A stretch of 64,000 nt of DNA from a virus. Taxonomy: Duplodnaviria; Caudoviricetes. Under the pieces are notes generated by a model. The model saw only the letters and a program-made list of their open reading frames with translations. It was not told the DNA's origin and made no database searches. The DNA is taken from the IMG/VR virus record IMGVR_UViG_3300020037_002952, positions 32,001 to 96,000 of that record; one strand, 5' to 3'. This document shows positions 10,901 through 19,600 of this stretch, piece after piece (position 1 is the first letter of the stretch; each line of letters begins with the position of its first letter). Made by a program: the position numbers and the translations under genes.

Positions 10901-13900
10901 GGTCGTATTATCCCCGCCATTACAAAAAACAGTCAAGACTTCTTTAATATTGCCAACAAAAATCAGAGCCTATTTGAGCAGCTTGATGGGGGTAAGGGTT
11001 ATACTAACTTCATAAAAGCCATTCAGAATTCTGACACGAAAGAAATATTTAGGTCCTTATCAGGATCTTTTGACCAATTAGATAAAGGCTCTAGAGAATT
11101 TGTTATTCAACTTCTCGGTGGTAGAAGAGAAGCGAATGCCCTTCTTTCTGTTTTTAATGATACAAAAGGGCTAGACAAAGCAACGAAAGAAGCGGAAAAC
11201 AGCGCTGGTGTTTTGGATGAACGATTTGCAGCGCTTCAAAAAAGAATAACTGTTATCTTTAGGAAGCTTAGCGTTGAGTTCACAAAGCTGGCAAAAACTT
11301 TTGTTGATTCTGGGATAGGTAAAGCTATTGGTCTATCTCTAAAAGAACTAGAGGTAATGCTCAAAGTCACAAATGGTATTTTTTCAATTTTTACAAAAAT
11401 AGATAAGTTAACTGGAGGTTGGGCATCTAATCTTGCTGCTGTGGCAATCCAGATGAAGGTTATAACTACTGTTACAAAAGCATTAATTGGACAACAAGCT
11501 CTAGCTGCTGCTACTGCTGCCGGATCTACTGGTGGTAGCAGAGCTGGTGCCGCTATCAGTTCTATCCCACTAATTGCTGGCGTTAGATCTAAAGGATTTT
11601 TCCCCAATTCCAGAGAAGCTTATAGACAATCACTCCTTAAAACTAATATTCAAAAAGGGTTGTCCCCCACATTAAATTCTAAAAGCTCTTTTCTTGCTCA
11701 AGGGGCTGGGTCGCTTGGCGTAGCGAAGGCTTCTGGTCGGGGACTTTATACTGCTATTGGTGGGGCGACTGGAGTTGGATTCTTAGCTGCTGCTGGTATT
11801 TTCGGAGCGTATCAAACTTTCACAGATAAAGTTGAGAAAGATAAAACAGACATCACCAAGCTTCAGGTCAATTTATCCAAAGATAAAAGATCTACTAAAG
11901 ATATTTTTGAAGAAGCAAAGAAACTAAAAGTCAAAGAAAGTCTCTTCTATAGATTTTGGCGGGGACTAAATGATCTGTCTACCGACTCTGAATTAACAGA
12001 AATTGAAGCCTTGATTCGGGAGGCAAAATCTAAAACTGAAATTGGATCGAAAGTAGCTTCGTCTAAAACTGGTCAGAGACTTACGGCACAACTGGTTAGA
12101 GGAACGAAAAAAACTCCTAAAGAATCAGTTTTTTCTATCGCTGATGGAGAAAGTATTGATTTAACCAAAAAGTATACTAAGGGTAATTCAGCTAAAGACA
12201 ATTCTGCTCTTGCTCTCCAAAAAATAAGAGATAGAATTAATCTTAGAAATAAGACTGTTTCTGGTGAAGTGGCTAATGTACTCCTAAAAAGTGAAGATAT
12301 CTACGGAGACTTACAAGACTTAAGAGAGTCAAATAGTGCTGATCCAAAACTTGTAAAAGAAATTAACGCTGTGTTGGCGGCTATCCAATCCTCTGGTTTG
12401 ACTGATAGCGAATATTCTTCTTATGCTAATGATGTAACCCAGCCCATACGAGCCCTTGCAAAAAGTACAAGCGAAACTATTAATGGCGATCTTAAGGCAG
12501 CTAAAGAATTCTTTGAGGATAGACGAGTTTCTCTAGAAACTTATGTGGAAGTTCTAAGGAAAACTATAGCAGATCTGAAGAAGATCAAAATTAAAACACC
12601 TGGACAAGAAGAAGCAATAAGACAAGCAAACAAAGATATTAACTCTGCTGTCACTAGCACCCTTCTTGATCGACAAGAAAGAGATCTAGAAGTATTCAAG
12701 TTACTTGGTGCTTCAGACGAAGAGGTCAATCAAAAAGAATCTCTTAATGCTTTAAGTAACTTAAGAAACCCTGATTTTGTTAAAGACCCAGAAGCTCGCC
12801 GCAAGGCAGCTCTTTCACTTCTTGAAAATACGCGCGAATACTACGAAAATATCGTTAAAAATACTGATGACCTTGCCCTAGCTCAAAAACTTATTAATGA
12901 AGGATTTGATATACCTGAAGAGGTTAGATTTGCCATTCAAAAACTCAACATCGAAGATTCCAGCCAGTACCAAGATTTGGCAGAATCCGTTCGAGCCCTA
13001 AATAAGGGAGAAAAAACAAAGGGTCTTATTGGTAAGGGTCCTGGCGGGTTACTTGATAAAGTCTTAAAAGACTTTATGGACGATGGGATTGTATCCGAGG
13101 ATACGATTAAATATCTAGGCCAGAAGCAGGATGCTCTAAAGAGTAAGCTACAGGATAAATCTTTATCAGAAGCAGATAGAGCCAACATCGTCGCTACCAT
13201 GGAGCTTATTTCAGAACTTCTAAATCTGGCTCCAGATTCTTATACCGTTAGAACTGATGACAACGGCAAAAAAATTAAAGTCCCAACTAAAGGTGACGGT
13301 AAAGCCTTTGGCGTTGACATGATTGCTGAGAAAGCCAAGCTAGACAAAGAAGTAGCGAAAGAAGCAGCAGACGATGCACAAAGTGTTGCGGACTCTGCAT
13401 TCGAGTTGCAGAAAATTCGAATGAATGGAAATGCTAAAGCTATAGCTATTCTAGAAAAGGCTCAAGCAAATGCAAAATTGCTTAAAGCTCAGACAATTGA
13501 AGATGCGAATGAACGCGCAATAGCCATCAATGAAGCTTTGGGTGACATACTCCAAGCTGACCAAGCCTTTGCCGACGCTATTCAGGCTGAAACCGAAGCA
13601 AGATATGGACTAGCTAAAGCCAGAGCTACTGATGCTGGAGATACCGTGGGAGCCGCTCAAGCCAATTTAGCGGCTGCTCAGGCTGCGTTGAATGCGGCTA
13701 ATGCGAAAGATCCTAGTGGGGCTGATGCGTTGAATGCCCAGGCGGCTGTTATTTCTGCCAGGAGAGAAATATCTGACGCTCAGAAGGCACAACGAGATTC
13801 AGCGAGAGAATTATTTAGCTTCGTAGCAGCTGATGAAGATCCAGTTAAAGAAGCCCAATATGCTTTAGATGATGCTAAATTGGCCTTGAATGAGGCCAGA

Positions 13901-14761
13901 GGCCAAGAAGCCCGGAATAAAGCCGCTCTTGAAGTAAAACAACGAGAACGCGCTCTTAGAGATGCTCAAAGAGGGGTAAGAGACTCGATGGTGGCGCTAT
14001 TCCGTGCAGTAGTAACTGGTGAAGACCCAGTAGCACAAGCTAAATTTGATTTAAGTATAGCAAAATCTTTAGAAGGAGAAGCGAAAGGTAAGGCAGCGCA
14101 AGCTGACGCCGCATTAAGAACTCTTGAAGCCCAAAGAACTCTACGTGACGCAATGCAAGCTGCTCAGTATTCGGTCTACACCCTACGTCAAGCACAATTA
14201 CAGTCACTAGATGATGATGTTGGTGCTGCAAATGTGGCCGCCGCTCTTGCCCGCCAACAGTTGAAGGATGCCATAGCCTCGAAGTCCGGAACGGCAGAAA
14301 TTAACAGTCTTCGCGCTGCTTCTATTGCAGCGGATAAATCAGCTAGAGATACACTGTTCCAAACAAAACTTGATGATTACCAGTATCTACTTGATACAGG
14401 CAAGATCACTAAGACACAATACATCGCTTACCTTACTGCTTTACAGCAGACTCTTAGTCCTGCTTCTAAACAGTTCAAAGAACTTGAGAAGACTCTTAGA
14501 AACCTCAAGAATGATATTGGTTCAGATCTCCAGGCAAACCTTCCAACAACTCTTGCTCTGCCGACCCTTTATGAGGTTCGTAGACTTAACCAAACCGGCA
14601 AACAGCCTGGTGCAGGAACAAACCAAATTGGATATCAGGACAACCGTAAGATCGATCTTAAAATCGAGATTGGCCAGAATATGTCAGAAGCACAAATCGT
14701 TAGAGTTCTTTCAGATGCCCTCGGCGTTGGAAGAAATAGCAACACACCAAGCAGGTATTAA
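8000..14761 (+). CDS. Tape measure protein
   Basis: 2253 aa, Ala-rich helical, central tape-measure core, directly after G/GT chaperones. Confidence 0.95.
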   Translation: MAADFLIKGGLDLSGIRQELKAFAAEQTALQSKAAAVAPATKIPVLPPSVLQRIDKPIIGQKASLGQNTAEINKAITAQAKLIALQSESNRITALASGQKYDPIKGTEQLRLGTQAAFRAGGVEFGKTQAKFLDAEFQRFITQFEAVSSRTAKGQFVPVSQQAERFAKLTANPILQQQGLLNANGNPRIFTPRADTQDFSNRKDALAIEAAYDKERLAAKAEQLKAEGQVAAEKLRAAQAQRVADGKSEGIDAEILAARQARLASEASLAASASARARLAALNKDGTQARVDQIPQAARLAGANQFLADTRAKLEAMKKGTVGVTQSPILNSSGQQPVTNNLSPVALRGTLRLEAAMGQLIQSAEGEVVLGQERFKRRAAYNSKMAALELAIAEEVALEAAQRATLAGRVSQASFANPKIGLERGIGEANLIAGEASAKALRGGIINANPELQAQLANAEARYIEIRLRQVIEAQKELLASGVSTELDLELSTLKKQLGAMLLRAQAGDEAYLSATNQATLAKAEQAAATARQLLTTPGAVSSLGGDQAAVTRTRNAVAAAELAQLELMPGNIESLRQATTSRLRMASSLNLSIIGDQEALEATLAAATTNRRKAIATNELIVADAASVEAIALETVSRTKVSTAANQLSLTMQSSIEAFALGKITQDQLNLAIRQEVAASRVAAKTTYDTALLKAEATANQIALDQANGNALALQRQANIRAVKSQTAASGIVGGFKATENAGGRDAGAFLGGGLATTLKFALPSAVLFGAFAGIKNAVKDTEELAITFTKLESQLNGLDDVDRLANLKKQILDISSETGIAAAEIGDLALQIQGAFGDLEYDPNKLNDGGLKGSDNITRYGDEVVAKQIEAAGKLSVVTGIAQKELVDGLTAASFAFGTSADRIGDVAAKLEVSTGVKAKETISFLGDIGPVAEAAGFSLEEFAAIAAIAQKRSGATGTVLAEQFGRIIPAITKNSQDFFNIANKNQSLFEQLDGGKGYTNFIKAIQNSDTKEIFRSLSGSFDQLDKGSREFVIQLLGGRREANALLSVFNDTKGLDKATKEAENSAGVLDERFAALQKRITVIFRKLSVEFTKLAKTFVDSGIGKAIGLSLKELEVMLKVTNGIFSIFTKIDKLTGGWASNLAAVAIQMKVITTVTKALIGQQALAAATAAGSTGGSRAGAAISSIPLIAGVRSKGFFPNSREAYRQSLLKTNIQKGLSPTLNSKSSFLAQGAGSLGVAKASGRGLYTAIGGATGVGFLAAAGIFGAYQTFTDKVEKDKTDITKLQVNLSKDKRSTKDIFEEAKKLKVKESLFYRFWRGLNDLSTDSELTEIEALIREAKSKTEIGSKVASSKTGQRLTAQLVRGTKKTPKESVFSIADGESIDLTKKYTKGNSAKDNSALALQKIRDRINLRNKTVSGEVANVLLKSEDIYGDLQDLRESNSADPKLVKEINAVLAAIQSSGLTDSEYSSYANDVTQPIRALAKSTSETINGDLKAAKEFFEDRRVSLETYVEVLRKTIADLKKIKIKTPGQEEAIRQANKDINSAVTSTLLDRQERDLEVFKLLGASDEEVNQKESLNALSNLRNPDFVKDPEARRKAALSLLENTREYYENIVKNTDDLALAQKLINEGFDIPEEVRFAIQKLNIEDSSQYQDLAESVRALNKGEKTKGLIGKGPGGLLDKVLKDFMDDGIVSEDTIKYLGQKQDALKSKLQDKSLSEADRANIVATMELISELLNLAPDSYTVRTDDNGKKIKVPTKGDGKAFGVDMIAEKAKLDKEVAKEAADDAQSVADSAFELQKIRMNGNAKAIAILEKAQANAKLLKAQTIEDANERAIAINEALGDILQADQAFADAIQAETEARYGLAKARATDAGDTVGAAQANLAAAQAALNAANAKDPSGADALNAQAAVISARREISDAQKAQRDSARELFSFVAADEDPVKEAQYALDDAKLALNEARGQEARNKAALEVKQRERALRDAQRGVRDSMVALFRAVVTGEDPVAQAKFDLSIAKSLEGEAKGKAAQADAALRTLEAQRTLRDAMQAAQYSVYTLRQAQLQSLDDDVGAANVAAALARQQLKDAIASKSGTAEINSLRAASIAADKSARDTLFQTKLDDYQYLLDTGKITKTQYIAYLTALQQTLSPASKQFKELEKTLRNLKNDIGSDLQANLPTTLALPTLYEVRRLNQTGKQPGAGTNQIGYQDNRKIDLKIEIGQNMSEAQIVRVLSDALGVGRNSNTPSRY

Positions 14762-14763
14762 TC

Positions 14764-15180
14764 ATGGTAGATAGAATTGCCTGGAGATTTTATGACCCAG
14801 TTACACTAGATGAGTATTTTATGGAAGTAAACCCTGCCGAAGATTCAGGGTCACATGCTATAGTAAAAAATACTCGTTATGAAGCTGCTGTCAGCACATA
14901 CAAAACTTCCGCTAATGCTCTTCAAGTAAACGCTGTTGTAGCTCATGCTGCCCCAAAAGAGCAAGAAACGTTTGCCTATAATGGCAAGGTTTATACTTTA
15001 GAACAGTATTATACTTTAATTTTGTGGTTTAATAAGGACTATCCGTTCCAAATCAGAGATGACTTGGGCCGAGAACATTTATGCTTTGTCGATACATTTA
15101 CTGTAGAGAGAGTTCGTTCACGTCAACATCGTTGGAAACATTCTTATTCAGTTTCCGGTATAATTTTGGAAGAGGTTTAA
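14764..15180 (+). CDS. Minor tail protein (distal-tail-like), paralog of 16174-16626
   Basis: Follows tape measure; shares AW.F.D...VNP and DDLG motifs with 16174-16626. Confidence 0.65.
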   Translation: MVDRIAWRFYDPVTLDEYFMEVNPAEDSGSHAIVKNTRYEAAVSTYKTSANALQVNAVVAHAAPKEQETFAYNGKVYTLEQYYTLILWFNKDYPFQIRDDLGREHLCFVDTFTVERVRSRQHRWKHSYSVSGIILEEV

Positions 15181-15184
15181 TATT

Positions 15185-16174
15185 ATGGCCTGGCCACCTA
15201 CTGACTATCCTTACATAGACAACGAAGATACGGTTCTCGCTGCCACAGTGAATGATACTATTGCAAAGATCATCGCTCACCTTGAAGATGAAACTGCGGT
15301 ACACGGTATCACCGATACGTCAGACTTAGTATTGTCTTCAGGACTAGCGGAACTTGTTCAAGATTATGTTGCCGCAATGTTCTCTGACGGCACCCAGACA
15401 GGGGCGACCGTCACGTACAACGACACCACAGGATCTATAAGCATAGAAGTGACCGCGACGGGCGCTCAGGGCGCTCAGGGTATCCAGGGGCCGATTGGGC
15501 TGACTGGACCACCGGGGCCGAGGGGGGCCGCTGGGGACTCTTTAGCCGCCTTCTCTGGAGGTATCACTGAAACTGTTTTCGTTGACTCTGGTTCGTATAT
15601 TTTAACTGGCAAAAGTGTTGGTATCGGGGCAGTCACGGCTGAAATTCCTGAAACTGTTGATGAAAAATTCTACTTCTTTCCGTTCTCACTTTCAGAAACT
15701 ATTACAGTAGATGCTTGGGATGTTCCGCTAGAGTCTCCCACATCTCATACAGGTTCTCCGAATATGAGAATTGGTATTTATTCTGATGACGGTTCCGGTA
15801 TGCCTACGGGCGTTCCGTTACTTGACAGTGTTGCAGATATCACTACTGGCGAAGTTACTGTTCCAGTCACATTTTCTGCTCTTGGTTTAACTGCTGGTCG
15901 CTATTGGTTATGCTGGGGATTTCAGGGATTAGCTGAGCCGACTTCACTAGTATTTTTTGATAGAGTTACCCAAATTGCTCCACAGGCAGCGGTGCCAGCA
16001 AATGAAACTGACTATTGGACTATCTATACTTTAGATAATATCACCTCGACTCTTCCAACAAACCCAATTACAAACGGTGGTTGGGCGATTGAGACTTATG
16101 GGTCCGCTGATGTACCAACAGAATTCACTAATACCTCTCCGATGGTCCCTCATATCTGGTTGAGGATTGACTAA
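15185..16174 (+). CDS. Collagen-repeat tail fibre/minor tail protein
   Basis: GAQGAQGIQGPIGLTGPPGPRGAAGD Gly-X-Y run; C-terminal domain similar to C-terminus of gene 3-3161. Confidence 0.75.
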   Translation: MAWPPTDYPYIDNEDTVLAATVNDTIAKIIAHLEDETAVHGITDTSDLVLSSGLAELVQDYVAAMFSDGTQTGATVTYNDTTGSISIEVTATGAQGAQGIQGPIGLTGPPGPRGAAGDSLAAFSGGITETVFVDSGSYILTGKSVGIGAVTAEIPETVDEKFYFFPFSLSETITVDAWDVPLESPTSHTGSPNMRIGIYSDDGSGMPTGVPLLDSVADITTGEVTVPVTFSALGLTAGRYWLCWGFQGLAEPTSLVFFDRVTQIAPQAAVPANETDYWTIYTLDNITSTLPTNPITNGGWAIETYGSADVPTEFTNTSPMVPHIWLRID

Positions 16175-16626
16175 TGGCAAAGTTCGGTCAGTTTCAGTAT
16201 GGCGAAGAAGAATATGGAGCGGTAGAGACAAGTTTTGACGCTCCTCTTTTAGAGAGAGTTGCTTGGACTTTCTTTGATGGTACCACAACGTATCAACTTC
16301 CGGTAAATCCAGATTCAGCTTCGATGCCCAGTCACTTTGCTCAGAGAAAAATAACCTATCAAGCTACATGTGCAGGAGCGCAAGTTATTTATGAAGGTCG
16401 CCGGGAACCACATAAAGTTAGCTTTTCTGGCGTTATATTAGAGGAAGCACAATACAATTCATTTAAAACATGGGTAAATAAAAGCAAACAGATACGTATT
16501 ACAGATGATCTAGGACAGAAATTCTGGGTGTATTTAAAGAGCTTTTCTCCCACTAGACGCAAAGATAGCGTTTATGATTGGTTGATGGATTATTCTGCTG
16601 AAGGTTTTGTTTTGGATAGAGGTTAA
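16174..16626 (+). CDS. Minor tail protein (distal-tail-like), paralog of 14764-15180
   Basis: RVAWTFFDG...PVNP...ITDDLGQ; tail operon position. Confidence 0.65.
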   Translation: MAKFGQFQYGEEEYGAVETSFDAPLLERVAWTFFDGTTTYQLPVNPDSASMPSHFAQRKITYQATCAGAQVIYEGRREPHKVSFSGVILEEAQYNSFKTWVNKSKQIRITDDLGQKFWVYLKSFSPTRRKDSVYDWLMDYSAEGFVLDRG

Positions 16627-16643
16627 AGGGATTAAGGTGATGT

Positions 16644-19600
16644 ATGAGATTTTATCCAGATATGTTCGAGAAGGTAAAATCTGGTCACTTCTTTGGCCAA
16701 GATAAGCCAAATGGACGAGTTACTGTTGAGCCATTGTGGGAGTTAAATTCTACTGGGGCAGTTTACGGCAATAGCGTAAGAGGTCCTTATAGATGGTTCC
16801 AGGACGTTACCGATAGTGGCGTTGAATGGGAAGTCCCAAATATTAAGAACATTTCTTGGGATCGTTCCGAAGGCCAAGATATTGCTTCTTGTACTATCAC
16901 GCTTTATAACACTTGGCACGAAGATAATCTTCAGGCTCCAGAGTTGGCGGGACAACTCGGCAAGCCCGGTTTCTTTTGGCCCAAACGTGGACTGGAAGTA
17001 AACCGCTGGAATCAGGTAGCTGGCAAAGGTTCATTTCGCAAAGACGGATTCTGGGACCCCAACTTTAGCTGGCAGAATGTTTTAGTTCCTTATGGTTTAA
17101 TTCGTTGCCTTGATACCGACACCGAGATCCTAACACGGCGCGGCTGGCTACGCTGGGACGAGGTGCTGGAAGGTGACTATGCGCTAGGCATCAACCCCGA
17201 AACCGGATTGTCCGAGTGGCAAGAAATTATAGAGGTCTTTAAAGCCCCATTCAAAGGGCAACTTACTAACCTAAAGACTAAAACACACGACTCGCTTACA
17301 ACAGCAAACCATAGATGGTTAGTAAAAAACCACAAAGACGAATATGAATGGCGCACCACAGAGACTCTTAATGGTCACTCTGAAATCCCGCTAGCAGCGA
17401 CCTATGGTGAAGCTCCCATTGAGAAGGTTTATAGTGATGAATTTGTAGAACTTGCTGCTTGGTACTACACTGAAGGCAGTTCAGATAGACGTGCAATCAA
17501 CGGTGGATATTACAATATTTCACAGTCACCATCAGCCAATCCTAAAACAACACAAAGAATCAGAACTGTCCTCACCGCCCTATATGGCGACCCAGGCCCA
17601 TTAGCGCGAGGAAAAAAGCTTGACCAAGATGCTGTAGACAAAGCGGTCGCATTGTTAAGTAATGGCTCACCAATCAAGAAAATTGCCTTGATAACAGGGA
17701 TATCTCTAGAAACCATTCGACGATGGAAAGTGGGAAAACGTACCCCCCCAACAAAGACGCACGCATGGACTGAACAGACCTACGAATCTGGCAAGTCTAC
17801 TTTTGTTCTGGAAAAATCTATTGGTTTGAAACTCCAAGAGGTAATTCAGACTTATGATAAAATCCCTAGTGCTGAGTTTCTCCTTTCTCTCACGGCTGGT
17901 CAGCTTGATCTTTTTATTGATACATGCCTAAATGGTGATGGCTCACGCTACCAAAATTCAAGCGGCAATATACAAGAAGTTTTTATTCAAAAACACCATG
18001 AACGAATTGCTGCATTTGAGTTCGCCTGCGTTCTGGCCGGACGAGCTTTCCACACTAGAGAACGTTCTGATTCTAGTGTTACAAGTTTACTTCGGACAAG
18101 TTCTACTAGTCCGGTTTCAGCTGCGAAACAGAGTGGGCGTCCCATTAAACAAGTTGACTATGACGATGTTGTTTGGTGCCCTCGCGTAAAACACGCCAAC
18201 TTCTATGCTCGTCGGAATGGTACTGGCTTTTTTACTGGAAACACCTATGAAGGTTACGGCGGACACTCTAACGCATTTACTTTTAAGTCTGTCCAAGAAA
18301 ACCTCGACGATGAATATATTCTTCAAACTGGTACTTGGTTGATTGAATCAATCTCTGCCGGATCAGGTGGCGAACTTGTCTTAAATTGCAAAGACATGGG
18401 CAAACTTCTTATGGATCAGATTTGCTTTCCACCAACCGTTCCTGATGGTCTTTATCCATTAACACATTATCCAGAAGGCAAGTCAGTATTCGACTCTTTC
18501 TTCGGTGCTGTTCCAAAGGCTAGCATCTATGTCTCGCCAGGTTCTATGGGTGAAATTCGTGTAGGTTATGAAAACTCTTCTTTGGACGAAGAGTTTGGCG
18601 TATATAACAAGAGCATCAATGGACATAAACCGGCACATATTAAAGACGGCAACTGGACTACCTATGGATTATCTGAAGCCTATGAAGGTCCGGATGATGA
18701 AACTGTTTGGTGGGAATTTAACGTTGAACAGGAAGTCAGCAAGCTAGTTATTAAGGGCTGGGCTGGTGGCTACGATTGTTGGATTTCCATGTCTAATGCT
18801 GATGATGAATGGCTTGGCACAACGAATGTTCCTGGTACTGGTGACGCCGTTATTCCGGCTGTCCAACACGTAAATATCCCGGTAGCTGTGCCGGATAATC
18901 AGGAACCACTTGTTAATATTGAGATCCCTCACAGATTTAAAGATTTGCCAGCTGGACCAGTCACAAAAACAAAGCTCTTCATTAATAAGATTAGAATTTC
19001 ATTTAGACATCTCTATTACTCAGGTATCCCAGATGCTGATGACCATCAATATCGTGGTGGTATTCGAGATCTTCAATTATTCCGTGAAGGGAATAAAGTC
19101 GATGAGTTTACCGCAGGACCAGATAGCGTTCCTTGGACTTTTGCTATGGGAGCACACCCAACAAGAGGTTATTGGATTATTGATTATAACGGTACCGTTT
19201 ATGGTTTCGGTGACGCCGCTGACTACGATTCTTCAGCATGGGGTCCGGTTCCAATTCATACTGCCCACGCTAGAAATCAAGCCATTGCCATCGAAGGCCA
19301 TCCATCTGGTAAAGGTTATTGGGTCTTAGACCGAATGGGTAATGTTTATGCTTTTGGTTTAGCAGAACATCACGGTGACTATGAAATTGCTTGGCCTGGC
19401 GGTGAAATTTGGGGCGAGTATAGCACTATTGCCGTTGGTCTAGCTGTTACTCATACTGGTGAAGGTTACTGGATTTGTTTCTCTAATGGCACAATCAAAG
19501 GCTTTGGCGATGCTGTAACTTCTGGCACCCCAGCAACAATCCATCTTCCAACAACAACTCTCACACAATATATGGATGCGTATACTGCCGACAGAGAACC

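Noticed and set aside
1019-14231. Antisense ORFs within gene 1, major tail and tape measure genes
   Set aside because: Shadow frames of long genes, with no RBS or recognisable motifs.
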